A stretch of 64,000 nt of DNA from an uncultured Candidatus Saccharibacteria bacterium (GTDB lineage: Bacteria; Patescibacteriota; Minisyncoccia; Phycocordibacterales; UBA9973). This document shows positions 40,242 through 49,014 of the stretch, piece by piece. The stretch spans positions 207,477-271,476 of the forward strand of contig CAZIZK010000001.1 of NCBI GenBank assembly GCA_964544225.1, given 5' to 3'. The notes beneath the pieces were generated by a model, which made no database searches, had not been told where the DNA came from, and worked only from the letters and a program-made list of their open reading frames with translations. Position 1 is the stretch's first letter. Each line of letters begins with the position of its first letter. Both the position numbers and the translations under genes were made by a program.

Positions 40242-41171
40242 TTAATAAAATATTTGGTGCTTGGGGCAGAAGTGTGCACTTCGGCCACCGATGACCTTTC
40301 TTATTATAACACCACCACAACGCGCCTTGCTACACTTGTGTGCAAGCTTCCTGTATACATTGTGCTGGTTCTGAAAGTCACCCCTCTTGCCATCTATGTC
40401 CCTGTAGTCACTCATCGAGTCACCACCAAAGTCTATGCCTTTGTTCAATACATCACGCATAGCTTTGTATAGAATCTTTAATTTATCTTTTGGTATCTTA
40501 TTTGTTTTTGACTCTGGGTGAATACCTGACGCCCATAGCATCTCGTCGGAATATATATTGCCAATCCCTGCGATAACTTTTGGGTCCATTAATACAGACT
40601 TTATCACACCACTCTTTTTACCTGATATTATTTTTATAAATTTATCTACAGTAAAGTCGGCATCTAGTGGCTCGGGGCCGATACCTTTTAGGTGGATGCT
40701 GTCATGAGCTGTGTCGCTAGGGACTATGGTAACCTTGCCGAACTTGCGTGAGTCGCAGAATGCTAATTGTTTATTGTTATTGAAAGTAAATACAAAATGC
40801 ACAAACCTATTGTAGGGGTCATGTAGTGCTTCGCGTTCATCTTTGGCTGGGGTCCAGGTATTCTTACTTTTGTTGTATACGTACTTGCCAAATATTAGGT
40901 GCCCAGTCATCTTCATGTGGATGATGATGGTTTTTTTATTGGATAGGTGTATTAGTATGTTCTTTGCACGGCGTTCTACACTTGTAACTTTTGAATTGGT
41001 CACCACTTCTTTGAACTGGTTAAAGAAGGCCAGGCTCTTTATAGTGTGCTTGAAGTCTGGGCGGGAAACTTTATTCTTTGCCAGGTCTGTCCAGACATCT
41101 TTTATCATAAGTTTGGGCAAGACACGCTTCAGGCCATTTACGGTTGTTGTGACTTCTGGAAGTTCGGGCAT
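40242..41171 (-). CDS. mutM: Formamidopyrimidine-DNA glycosylase (Fpg/Nei family).
   Basis: MPELPEV N-terminus and C-terminal zinc finger (C...C...CPKHQ). Confidence 0.85.
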   Translation of the reverse strand: MPELPEVTTTVNGLKRVLPKLMIKDVWTDLAKNKVSRPDFKHTIKSLAFFNQFKEVVTNSKVTSVERRAKNILIHLSNKKTIIIHMKMTGHLIFGKYVYNKSKNTWTPAKDEREALHDPYNRFVHFVFTFNNNKQLAFCDSRKFGKVTIVPSDTAHDSIHLKGIGPEPLDADFTVDKFIKIISGKKSGVIKSVLMDPKVIAGIGNIYSDEMLWASGIHPESKTNKIPKDKLKILYKAMRDVLNKGIDFGGDSMSDYRDIDGKRGDFQNQHNVYRKLAHKCSKARCGGVIIRKVIGGRSAHFCPKHQIFY

Positions 41172-41172
41172 A

Positions 41173-41745
41173 CTATTTGTTACTCAATAACTTTAGAGCT
41201 TCTTTCACGCGTGCACCTGTGTCGACAATATTTGTCGGAACCTCTTTCAGTGCTTCACGTGCTTCACGCTGGGCATAGCCTAGGGATTGTAGTGCTTCGA
41301 GGGCATCGGCTTCATCACGAAGTGAATAGTCGTTATCATTTGTATTTGCAGACATTTTGTCGCGGAGTTCGATAACAATTTTTTCGGCAGTCTTCTTACC
41401 TATACCAGATACTTTGGTTAGGTAGCTAGTGTCACCAGTGGCAATAGCCCGTGATAGTGTGGTAACAGTGGTAATACCCATGATACCTAGGCCGGATCGT
41501 GGGCCAATACCAGATACAGATATAATCAGCTCAAAGAAGTCGAGCTCGGCCTTGGTCTTGAACCCAAATAGTTCTATCGAATTCTCACGAACAGCCATAT
41601 ATGTCCACAGGCTACAGGCCTGTTCGGGTGTAACCTCCAGCAGGACATCTGGGGTGGTGTATACATTGTACCCAACACCGTTTACGTCCAATACGAGCCT
41701 TTTCTCATCTGCGTATATGCAATTGCCTGAAATGTATGAAATCAT
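41173..41745 (-). CDS. ruvA: Holliday junction DNA helicase subunit RuvA.
   Basis: MISYISGNCIYADEKRLVLDVNGVGYNVYTT and an HhH region. Adjacent to and co-oriented with fpg. Confidence 0.85.
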   Translation of the reverse strand: MISYISGNCIYADEKRLVLDVNGVGYNVYTTPDVLLEVTPEQACSLWTYMAVRENSIELFGFKTKAELDFFELIISVSGIGPRSGLGIMGITTVTTLSRAIATGDTSYLTKVSGIGKKTAEKIVIELRDKMSANTNDNDYSLRDEADALEALQSLGYAQREAREALKEVPTNIVDTGARVKEALKLLSNK

Positions 41746-41877
41746 GATTTTATTATATCAGATTTGATAATTATGTGCTTTTCTGTTATAGTAACCATAT
41801 TCAAATGTGCCTGTGTCTCGGGTCTTTGGGTAACAAAATTCGTAAATCTTAATTAATAACTAGTAATTTAAATAAAT

Positions 41878-42132
41878 ATGCCAATAACAAAATCAGCAAA
41901 AAAGGCTCTTCGTGGTTCAATGAAGAAGAAGATGGTAAATGACCGCAAGAAGAAAGCTATGAAGGATACTATCAAGAATGTTGAGAAGCTAGTAAAGGAC
42001 AAGAACAAGGATGAAGCAAAGAAGCTTCTACCAAAGGCTTACAGTGCTATCGACAAGGCTGCGAAGACTGGAGTATTGAAGAAGAATACTGCATCTCGCA
42101 AGAAGGCTCGTCTTTCAAAGATCACTAAATAA
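41878..42132 (+). CDS. rpsT: 30S ribosomal protein S20.
   Basis: Lys-rich 84-aa protein (SAKKALRGS...ASRKKARLSKI). Confidence 0.85.
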   Translation: MPITKSAKKALRGSMKKKMVNDRKKKAMKDTIKNVEKLVKDKNKDEAKKLLPKAYSAIDKAAKTGVLKKNTASRKKARLSKITK

Positions 42133-42133
42133 T

Positions 42134-42166
42134 AAAAACCCCTGCAGAAATGCAGGGTTTTTATTT
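42134..42166 (+). terminator. Rho-independent terminator aaaaacccctgcagaaatgcagggttttt.
   Basis: Perfect stem plus T-run after the rpsT stop. Confidence 0.7.
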
Positions 42167-42177
42167 ATAATATTATT

Positions 42178-42465
42178 TTGTATAATACACATATGACTAA
42201 CGATAATCATTTACTTTTCTTTTACGGTGACGGTTGCCCGCACTGCAAGAGGATGGAGGTACATTTAAACAAGCTCGAGTCTGACCACGGGGTAAAAGTG
42301 GCAAAGCACGAGACTTGGAATAACGAAGACAATATTACTTTTATGGAAACTCTGGATAAGGAACCTTGTGGGGGAGTCCCGTTCTTCTGTAATACAAAGA
42401 CCGGCAAGACCATCTGCGGGGAAGCCAGCTTCGATGAGATAAAGGATTGGGCCGATTGTAAATAA
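42178..42465 (+). CDS. Small thioredoxin/glutaredoxin-like protein (CPHC active site).
   Basis: FFYGDGCPHCKRM motif. 95 aa. Confidence 0.6.
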   Translation: MYNTHMTNDNHLLFFYGDGCPHCKRMEVHLNKLESDHGVKVAKHETWNNEDNITFMETLDKEPCGGVPFFCNTKTGKTICGEASFDEIKDWADCK

Positions 42466-42473
42466 AAAAAAGA

Positions 42474-42503
42474 AAACGAACCTGAGAGGGTTCGTTTTTT
42501 TTT
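42474..42503 (+). terminator. Rho-independent terminator aaacgaacc-tgagag-ggttcgttt followed by a T-run.
   Basis: Read directly. Confidence 0.7.
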
Positions 42504-42519
42504 GAATGGGGGGTGAAGG

Positions 42520-42897
42520 TTACATAAATATAGACCTTAATAGTAGTTTCCATTGTAGGCTATCGTCTAACTTTATAAGTTCCATGTTTATTTTTTTGAA
42601 AAATACAAACATGTTCTTAAATGGAAAATTTTCATTTGCGCTATCCGCAACAAAAGGCCCAATCTTTACATCTACACTTGCCCTTTTGATCGCTATCTTC
42701 ACATTGGTTTCGTGATGGTAGGAATCAGCCGAGGATTTTTGAATCTCCCCAGGTATTTCTACCTTGAAGTCTTTTGGTCTTATGATTCTGTTTAGAAAAA
42801 CAAGAATCCAAATAATAGGGTTCGAGAGTTTCTTCTCAATAGATTCTTTTAAAAGACGGTACTTACTAAAAGAAGTTATTTTTTGCTCATTGTCCAT
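42520..42897 (-). CDS. Hypothetical protein (125 aa).
   Basis: ORF only. No motif recognised. Confidence 0.35.
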   Translation of the reverse strand: MDNEQKITSFSKYRLLKESIEKKLSNPIIWILVFLNRIIRPKDFKVEIPGEIQKSSADSYHHETNVKIAIKRASVDVKIGPFVADSANENFPFKNMFVFFKKINMELIKLDDSLQWKLLLRSIFM

Positions 42898-42983
42898 GGT
42901 AAAAAGTATTAAATTTGTTTGTATAAAATTCTACGCTTTTATAATGGGAAGTCAAATACAAAAAGCCCCGAAGGGCTTTATTT

Positions 42984-43055
42984 GTGATCCCGGCAGGAAT
43001 CGAACCTGCATCGCAACTTCCGCAAAGTTGCGTCCTATCCATTGAACGACGGGAC
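42984..43055 (-). tRNA. tRNA-Arg (anticodon GCG).
   Basis: Manual cloverleaf: acceptor GGTCCCG/CGGGATC, T-arm GCAGGTTCGATTCCTGC, anticodon stem CAACT/AGTTG, loop TTGCGGA. Confidence 0.7.
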
Positions 43056-43097
43056 CATTACCCGTCTAATTTATAACAAAAATCACGTTTTGGCAAG

Positions 43098-43559
43098 TTA
43101 TAACCCTAATTTGTCTGCGAGCATCATTGATTTGGATTCAGATATCTCTACTTCTGGCAGGTGGCTTGGGAGCATGAGCTTCACCTCATTCTCGGCATAT
43201 TGTGGTAGTGGGATAGTCAGTATAGGCAGGAAGTATTTAGATGTTTCTACTAATAGCTTTGGCTTTTCACCTTCGATTATTTTATAACCCTTGAGGCTTT
43301 TAAATTCATACATATTGTCATCCATCTTGATACCAGTTTCATTGATCTCTATATTGTATTCGTGTGGGGGAGTGACTTTGAAATAAATTAGTAAGAACCC
43401 AGATATAAGTATAAAGATAGCGAACAGATATGTGTGGAAATATACTGCCACCCCTGCACCCACCACAGCCACAAGCCCTAGTGTCCATAGCCAGTCGTTC
43501 GACTTTGGTTTGTGTTCATACTCGAAAGCTTTCCAAGTTAAAGTTTGTTTGTTGTCCAT
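43098..43559 (-). CDS. Hypothetical membrane protein (two TM helices).
   Basis: WLWTLGLVAVVGAGVAVYF...FAIFILISGFLLIYF. Confidence 0.45.
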   Translation of the reverse strand: MDNKQTLTWKAFEYEHKPKSNDWLWTLGLVAVVGAGVAVYFHTYLFAIFILISGFLLIYFKVTPPHEYNIEINETGIKMDDNMYEFKSLKGYKIIEGEKPKLLVETSKYFLPILTIPLPQYAENEVKLMLPSHLPEVEISESKSMMLADKLGL

Positions 43560-43629
43560 ATTTATAATTATATCAGTATATGTACAAAAGGCTATACCTA
43601 ATTATTTAATATGTTATAATCTTCGTATT

Positions 43630-44055
43630 ATGAAGCATATAGTAAAAAGTGATGTTGTAAAAGGTTTTAGGGAGTTTGTGATCAGAGGGAACGCTATTGA
43701 TCTAGCTGTTGGTATTGTTGTAGGAGCAGCCTTTACGTCGGTTGTAAATGCTCTAGTAAAGGGCCTGATTACTCCGCTTATTGGTGCCATTGCTCGGGTT
43801 CCTGATTTTTCTGGATTGTATTTCACATTTCGTGATAGTAAGTTTATGTATGGCGATTTTATCAATACTCTTATTTCTTTTGTTCTATCCGCGGCAGCTA
43901 TATATTTCTTTGTTATTGTACCTATGAATAGTTTGAAGAAGAGAATAGATAAAAACAAACCCAAAGAGGATCCAACAACAAAGGATTGTGCTGAGTGTAT
44001 GAGTACTATACACATAAAGGCAAAGCGCTGCGCACATTGTGGGCAGGCGGTTTAG
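43630..44055 (+). CDS. mscL: Large-conductance mechanosensitive channel MscL, with an unusual C-terminal CxxC...CxxC zinc-ribbon-like tail.
   Basis: GFREFVIRGNAIDLAVGIVVGAAF signature. The ORF-track start at 43432 is an extension overlapping the convergent gene; the true start is the MKHIVK Met. Tail is DCAECMSTIHIKAKRCAHCGQ. Confidence 0.85.
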   Translation: MKHIVKSDVVKGFREFVIRGNAIDLAVGIVVGAAFTSVVNALVKGLITPLIGAIARVPDFSGLYFTFRDSKFMYGDFINTLISFVLSAAAIYFFVIVPMNSLKKRIDKNKPKEDPTTKDCAECMSTIHIKAKRCAHCGQAV

Positions 44056-44187
44056 GGGAAGTAGGGGAGATTCGCCGATACTTTAAAAACGGGTGGACCG
44101 CGAGTATGCTTTTCGAACCTTACAGGTTCAGCACACCTTTTCCATTCGCGAATACACTCATAAGGAAAAGGTTTTCGAATCCCCCAC

Positions 44188-44260
44188 GCAAGCAAATAAA
44201 TTTGCTTGCTCGCCGCAAAAAGAAAAAGCTCGACATGATGTCGAGCTTTTTCTTTTTGCG
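44188..44260. terminator. Two consecutive hairpins: a 9-bp stem (gcaagcaaa/tttgcttgc) and a perfect 20-bp stem (cgcaaaaagaaaaagctcga / tcgagctttttctttttgcg) abutting the tRNA-Ser 3' end.
   Basis: Read directly. They lie between mscL(+) and tRNA-Ser(-). Confidence 0.6.
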
Positions 44261-44345
44261 GAGGCGGGGGGATTCGAACTCCCGGACCGCGTAAACGGTC
44301 TCTTGTTTTCAAGACAAGTGCCTTCAACCACTCAGCCACACCTCC
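44259..44345 (-). tRNA. tRNA-Ser (anticodon TGA), long variable arm.
   Basis: GGAGGTG acceptor, anticodon loop CTTGAAA, long extra arm, T-arm GGAGTTCGAATCC. Confidence 0.85.
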
Positions 44346-44367
44346 GTATTAACACCATACTATTTAT

Positions 44368-44595
44368 TTATACCTTTCTTTTAAATATTGCCTTTATGTC
44401 TGACATTTTCTTATTTGCTACTTTAAACAAATAATATATGTCCAAGATACTAAAAGTATTCAATACTATCAAGGCTATAAACCAACGCTTGTGGCCCATA
44501 CGAGCTGCTGTCCATACAGCGTAACCCTTCCAAAACAGTACCCAAATTACTATTAATACAAGACCTATAGAAATATCTATATTTGTTGGTATCAT
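44368..44595 (-). CDS. Small hypothetical membrane protein (75 aa).
   Basis: Two hydrophobic segments. ORF only. Confidence 0.3.
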   Translation of the reverse strand: MIPTNIDISIGLVLIVIWVLFWKGYAVWTAARMGHKRWFIALIVLNTFSILDIYYLFKVANKKMSDIKAIFKRKV

Positions 44596-44649
44596 GGGGC
44601 TACTATACCAAAAATAACCTTTTTCTGCAATTATGCTAGACTAATACAT

Positions 44650-45075
44650 ATGAAAACTTTGGGAATCGATTATGGGTCTAAAAGGGTGGGGGTGGCCATG
44701 TCTGACGACGGTGGAACTATGGCTTTTCCATTTGGGGTCCTTTCTAATAATCCAGAACTAATAAATGATATAGCAAAACTGGTTACCGAGCATGAAGTTA
44801 CCGCAATAGTACTCGGCGAGTCTACTGACAGTAGTGGCAAGGCCAATAAAATAATGGGTAGCATCGAGAAGTTTAAGCAGAATATAGAAGCCGACCTAGA
44901 CGTACCTGTTTATTATCAAAAAGAGTTCATGACCAGCCTGCATTCTGGTAATACACTGACCAAAGATATCTTTTCCGACCGACAAATGAAGAAGGATAAG
45001 GAGGTAAAGGATGACTCCAAATCCGCCGCCCTAATATTGCAAAGATATTTAGACAAGAAGAATATAAATAAGTAG
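44650..45075 (+). CDS. ruvX: Putative pre-16S rRNA nuclease / Holliday junction resolvase-like YqgF (RuvX).
   Basis: MKTLGIDYGSKRVGVAMSD N-terminus. 141 aa. Confidence 0.85.
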   Translation: MKTLGIDYGSKRVGVAMSDDGGTMAFPFGVLSNNPELINDIAKLVTEHEVTAIVLGESTDSSGKANKIMGSIEKFKQNIEADLDVPVYYQKEFMTSLHSGNTLTKDIFSDRQMKKDKEVKDDSKSAALILQRYLDKKNINK

Positions 45076-45083
45076 TAAGGAAA

Positions 45084-46832
45084 ATGAATCAAAAATCAGA
45101 AACAAAATCATGCCAAAATTGTAAAAATGACTTTACTATCGAGCCGGAGGATTTTGTGTTTTATGACAAGATGGCTGTACCTGCTCCAACATTCTGCCCG
45201 CAGTGTCGCTTTCAAAGGCGATTGGCTCATAGGAATGACAGGTCTTTATACAGAAGGGAATGTGGACTATGTAATAAGAAAATTTTAAGTATTTACCACA
45301 AGGATTCTGTGATTAAAAATGTATTTTGTCCCGAGTGCTGGTGGGGTGACGGCTGGGACCCATTTAATTACGGAGTAGATTATGATTTTTCGAAAGATTT
45401 CTTTACTCAATATTTTGAATTTAAAAAGAATTCTCCACACCAAAGTGTGTATCATGTTAATTTTGTGAATAGTGAGTATTGTAATTTTGGCCACAGTTAT
45501 AAGAACTGCTATTTAGTTTTTGGTGGATATAATAATGAAAATGTTTCGTATGGAAATTTGATAGGGGATATTATGGATTCCTCTGATGTTTCTTTGTCTA
45601 CCAACTTAGAGATGTGTTATGAGGTGAATAATTGTTTCCACTCATCGAAGCTAAGATTTTGTAATAGTTGCGAGGATTCCAGCGACCTTACTTTCTGTAC
45701 AGATTGCCGAGGGTGCGTATCTTGCTTTGGTTGTGCTGGTTTGCGAAATAAACAATACAATATCTTCAATCAACAATATTCTAAAGCTGAATATGAAGAA
45801 AAATTAAAAGATCTAAACATATCAAGTTTTAAAAATAAAATAGAAATAGAAAATTATTTTAAAAATTTTGCATTACAATACCCGTATCGATATACCAGAA
45901 CTCGTAATGTTGTAGATTGTACTGGGGATGATATTACCAACTCTAAGAACTGTAAAGATGGTGTTTGGGGCCACGGGATGGAGGATTCCAGGTATGTATT
46001 CTTTACTGTAAATGCAAAAGAATGTTATGACATTACCGCTGTTGGTACGTTAACAGGCGGAACAGAACTATTATACGAAGTATCGAGCTCATTTGGTGGA
46101 CACAGGCAGATGGTGGGTATACGTACAGTGGGTGATAGAAATTCTTTTTACAGTGAAGACTGTCATAATTGTAATGATATTTTTGGTTGTATTGGGTTGA
46201 AGAAAAAGTCTTATTGTATCTTTAATAAACAATACTCAAAGGAAGAGTATGAAGAATTGTTACCAAAGATTATTGAACAAATGAAGGCTATGACTTATAC
46301 AGATAAGATGGGGCGTGTTTACGGATTTGGCGAATTTTGGCCTATTGAATTGTCACCGTTTGGCTACAATGAAACAAAGGCTATGGAGTATTTTATTTTA
46401 AATAAAAATGGAGTTCTGGATAAAAGGTTCAATTGGTATGAAAAAGAAGTAAATACTTATGAAGTTACAATGCAGAATATTAATATACCAGACGACAGTA
46501 GTAATGTAGACGAATCAATATTAAATGAAATAATAGAATGTGCACATAGTGAGTGCAATCATGGCTGTACAAAAGCTTTTAAGATAAACCCAAATGAATT
46601 CCAGGTTATAAAACAGTTAGGGGCACCACTACCGAGGGCTTGTCCTAATTGTCGTCATTATGAAAGATTGGACAAACAACAACCTATACAATTCTGGCAG
46701 CGTTCTTGTATGTGTGAACTAACGAACCATGAGCACGAAGGCAAGTGTCAGGTTGAGTTCCAAACTACTTACTCACCTGACAGACCTGAAAAGGTGTATT
46801 GTGAAAAGTGTTATCAACAGGAGGTGGTATAA
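45084..46832 (+). CDS. Cys-rich multi-zinc-ribbon protein, paralog 1 of 3 (582 aa). Family unknown.
   Basis: N-terminal CQNCKNDFTIEPEDFVFYDKMAVPAPTFCPQCRFQRRLAHRN...CGLC. An internally repeated module C-x2-C...FGC-GL-[RK]NK-Y-[CN]-IFN-[KQ]-QYSK-[AE]-EYEE occurs twice. A C-terminal ribbon homologous to the N-terminal one (FKINPNEF...PLPRACPNCRHYERL...CEKCYQQEVV). Confidence 0.6.
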   Translation: MNQKSETKSCQNCKNDFTIEPEDFVFYDKMAVPAPTFCPQCRFQRRLAHRNDRSLYRRECGLCNKKILSIYHKDSVIKNVFCPECWWGDGWDPFNYGVDYDFSKDFFTQYFEFKKNSPHQSVYHVNFVNSEYCNFGHSYKNCYLVFGGYNNENVSYGNLIGDIMDSSDVSLSTNLEMCYEVNNCFHSSKLRFCNSCEDSSDLTFCTDCRGCVSCFGCAGLRNKQYNIFNQQYSKAEYEEKLKDLNISSFKNKIEIENYFKNFALQYPYRYTRTRNVVDCTGDDITNSKNCKDGVWGHGMEDSRYVFFTVNAKECYDITAVGTLTGGTELLYEVSSSFGGHRQMVGIRTVGDRNSFYSEDCHNCNDIFGCIGLKKKSYCIFNKQYSKEEYEELLPKIIEQMKAMTYTDKMGRVYGFGEFWPIELSPFGYNETKAMEYFILNKNGVLDKRFNWYEKEVNTYEVTMQNINIPDDSSNVDESILNEIIECAHSECNHGCTKAFKINPNEFQVIKQLGAPLPRACPNCRHYERLDKQQPIQFWQRSCMCELTNHEHEGKCQVEFQTTYSPDRPEKVYCEKCYQQEVV

Positions 46833-46839
46833 TCATCTT

Positions 46840-48555
46840 ATGGTTCGAGAAACAAGAAATTGCCAAAACTGTAAGAATGACTTTACTATCGAGCCGGAGG
46901 ATTTTGTGTTTTATGACAAGATGGCTGTACCTGCTCCAACATTCTGCCCAGATTGTAGGCTTCAACACCGCCTTGCTATTTACAATGAACGATTCCTGTA
47001 TCACTCAAATTGTGAAAATTGTTCTAAAAAAATAATAACAATATATAAAACAGATTCAGGATTCAGGCCATTTTGTGAAGAATGTTTTTCTTCTGACAGC
47101 TGGGATGCAATTGACCAGGGGAGAGATTTTGATTTTTCTCGAGATTTTTTTACCCAATACAGAGATTTGCAAAGGAGCATTCCGGTGAATTATCGTGCCC
47201 ACCTAAATGATATTAATAGTGACTTTTCTAATCAATGTTTCCGTACTAAAAATGCGTACCTTTCTTTTAGTGTTATTGGGGTAGAAGATGTTTTGTATTC
47301 TAAACTAATCAATAGGCCATCTAGGCAGATAATAGATTCATTAAATGTTCGTGAATGTGAAATGTGTTACGAGCTTGTAAATACAACGAGTTCATACGGA
47401 TCCACTTTCTTAACAAATTGTAGGCAATGTGTGACATCACACTTCCTGATCGACTGTGTTGGATGCACTGATTGTTTTATGTCATACAACCTTCGTAATA
47501 AAAGTTATGTGTTTAGAAACAAACAACTTTCAAAAGAAGAGTATTATGAAGCTTTAAATGGGTTAAATAAGAATAAATACTCAGCTCACAAAGAACTTTG
47601 TGAGGAATATAAGGAAATGGCAAATAAAGTTATATATAAATTTTCCACTATTGTTAAGTCAGATGATTGTACTGGTAATATGATAGAAAATTCTCACAAT
47701 GCTAAAAATACTTTTAACTCCTTTTCTGTTGTAGATAGTAAATATATAGGTTTTTCTACAAAGCCAATAAGTGACTCTTATGACGTAACTATAATCGGGC
47801 AAACTGATCAGTGTATAGACATTATTGCTTCTGGTCGTGGTAATTATAAAGTAAAATTTACTTCTGGGGCAGGAGCTTCTTCATCTATGGAATATACTGA
47901 TTGGTGCAATGATTGCCAAGATGTATTTGGTTGTGTGGGATTGCGCAATAAAAAATATTGTATCTTAAATAAACAATACACAAAGGAGGATTATTTTGAA
48001 ATGCGTGAAAAAATAATAGAGCATATGAATAGCAATCCTTTTGTCGACAAGCGAGGTGTTGTTTATAAATACGGAACGTTTTTCCCAATACAACTCTCAC
48101 CATTTGCATATAATGAAACAGTAGCTTTTGAAGAATTTCCACTCTCAAAAGAGGAAACGATAGATTCTGGTTTTGTTTGGTATGAGCAGACAAAGAAGGA
48201 ACATATTCCAACAATACTTAGTACGGATTTGCCAGACAGTATTCCAGTAGATGAAAGTGAAATTCTGAATGAAATCATATCTTGTCCAAATAACGGAGAT
48301 ACAATACGTAATTGTACAGGGGCGTATCGTATTATAAAAGACGAACTTATGTATTATGATAAACTAGGGTTACCATTACCAAGATTCTGTCCTAACTGCA
48401 GATATTATGAAAGAAATGGAAGAACTTTACCATGGAGACTATGGGATAGAAAATGTATGAATAATGGGTGCGAAAATAAATTCCAAACCCCATATGCACC
48501 CGATCGGGCAGAGTTGGTTTATTGTGAAAAGTGTTATCAGCAGGAGGTGGTATAA
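46840..48555 (+). CDS. Cys-rich multi-zinc-ribbon protein, paralog 2 of 3, in tandem with paralog 1.
   Basis: Same architecture. The start is chosen at MVRETRN because the ORF-track extension overlaps paralog 1. A 74-bp block is 100% identical with paralog 1 (45126..45199 vs 46876..46949) and the last ~36 nt are near-identical. Confidence 0.6.
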   Translation: MVRETRNCQNCKNDFTIEPEDFVFYDKMAVPAPTFCPDCRLQHRLAIYNERFLYHSNCENCSKKIITIYKTDSGFRPFCEECFSSDSWDAIDQGRDFDFSRDFFTQYRDLQRSIPVNYRAHLNDINSDFSNQCFRTKNAYLSFSVIGVEDVLYSKLINRPSRQIIDSLNVRECEMCYELVNTTSSYGSTFLTNCRQCVTSHFLIDCVGCTDCFMSYNLRNKSYVFRNKQLSKEEYYEALNGLNKNKYSAHKELCEEYKEMANKVIYKFSTIVKSDDCTGNMIENSHNAKNTFNSFSVVDSKYIGFSTKPISDSYDVTIIGQTDQCIDIIASGRGNYKVKFTSGAGASSSMEYTDWCNDCQDVFGCVGLRNKKYCILNKQYTKEDYFEMREKIIEHMNSNPFVDKRGVVYKYGTFFPIQLSPFAYNETVAFEEFPLSKEETIDSGFVWYEQTKKEHIPTILSTDLPDSIPVDESEILNEIISCPNNGDTIRNCTGAYRIIKDELMYYDKLGLPLPRFCPNCRYYERNGRTLPWRLWDRKCMNNGCENKFQTPYAPDRAELVYCEKCYQQEVV

Positions 48556-48639
48556 TATAAAATCAATTCGATAGGAATAGGACGGCCGTCTCTATTAAGA
48601 ATACTTTGATTTATATAGAGTAAGTTGTAATATGGATAT

Positions 48640-49014
48640 ATGGAATACGTAAAATACGAAGAATTTAAAAAGATGGATATAAGGGTAGGTACTATAAAAG
48701 AGGTAGAGGCCGTGCCTGATACTGACAAGCTACTAAAATGCATGATCGACTTTGGCGAGGTGGAAGAGATTGGTGAGGGGGAGGATGTAACTGCAACATC
48801 GAAATTGCGCCAGATAGTTTCTGGGATCAAGGAGTATTACCCAGATATTGAGAATCTTGTTGGTAAACAAGTTCTATATATAGTGAACCTAGAACCACGA
48901 AAGATAAAAGGCTACGACAGCAACGGCATGCTCATGGCTGTAGATGGGTTAGATGGCAAGCCTGTATTCCTAATTCCTGAGGGCGAGGTTGCCCCAGGTG
49001 CACAAGTAAGATAA
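48640..49014 (+). CDS. tRNA-binding protein (CsaA/Trbp111/EMAP-like OB-fold domain).
   Basis: MDIRVGTI...DKLLKCMIDFG...RQIVSGI...LVGKQV...NLEPRKIKGYDSNGM matches the tRNA-binding Myf domain. Confidence 0.75.
   Translation: MEYVKYEEFKKMDIRVGTIKEVEAVPDTDKLLKCMIDFGEVEEIGEGEDVTATSKLRQIVSGIKEYYPDIENLVGKQVLYIVNLEPRKIKGYDSNGMLMAVDGLDGKPVFLIPEGEVAPGAQVR

Noticed and set aside
43614-44015. Minus-strand 133-aa ORF overlapping mscL
   Set aside because: The opposite-strand MscL call is unambiguous. Shadow ORF.
43995-44434. ORF-track ORFs 43995..44294(+), 44052..44339(-) and 44093..44434(+)
   Set aside because: They overlap the tRNA-Ser gene and its long terminator hairpins. The translations are low-complexity and palindrome-driven.
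46729-46839. 5' extension of Cys-rich paralog 2 into the end of paralog 1
   Set aside because: The extension overlaps the upstream paralog in another frame. The conserved N-terminus begins at the MVRETRN Met (46840), matching paralog 1.
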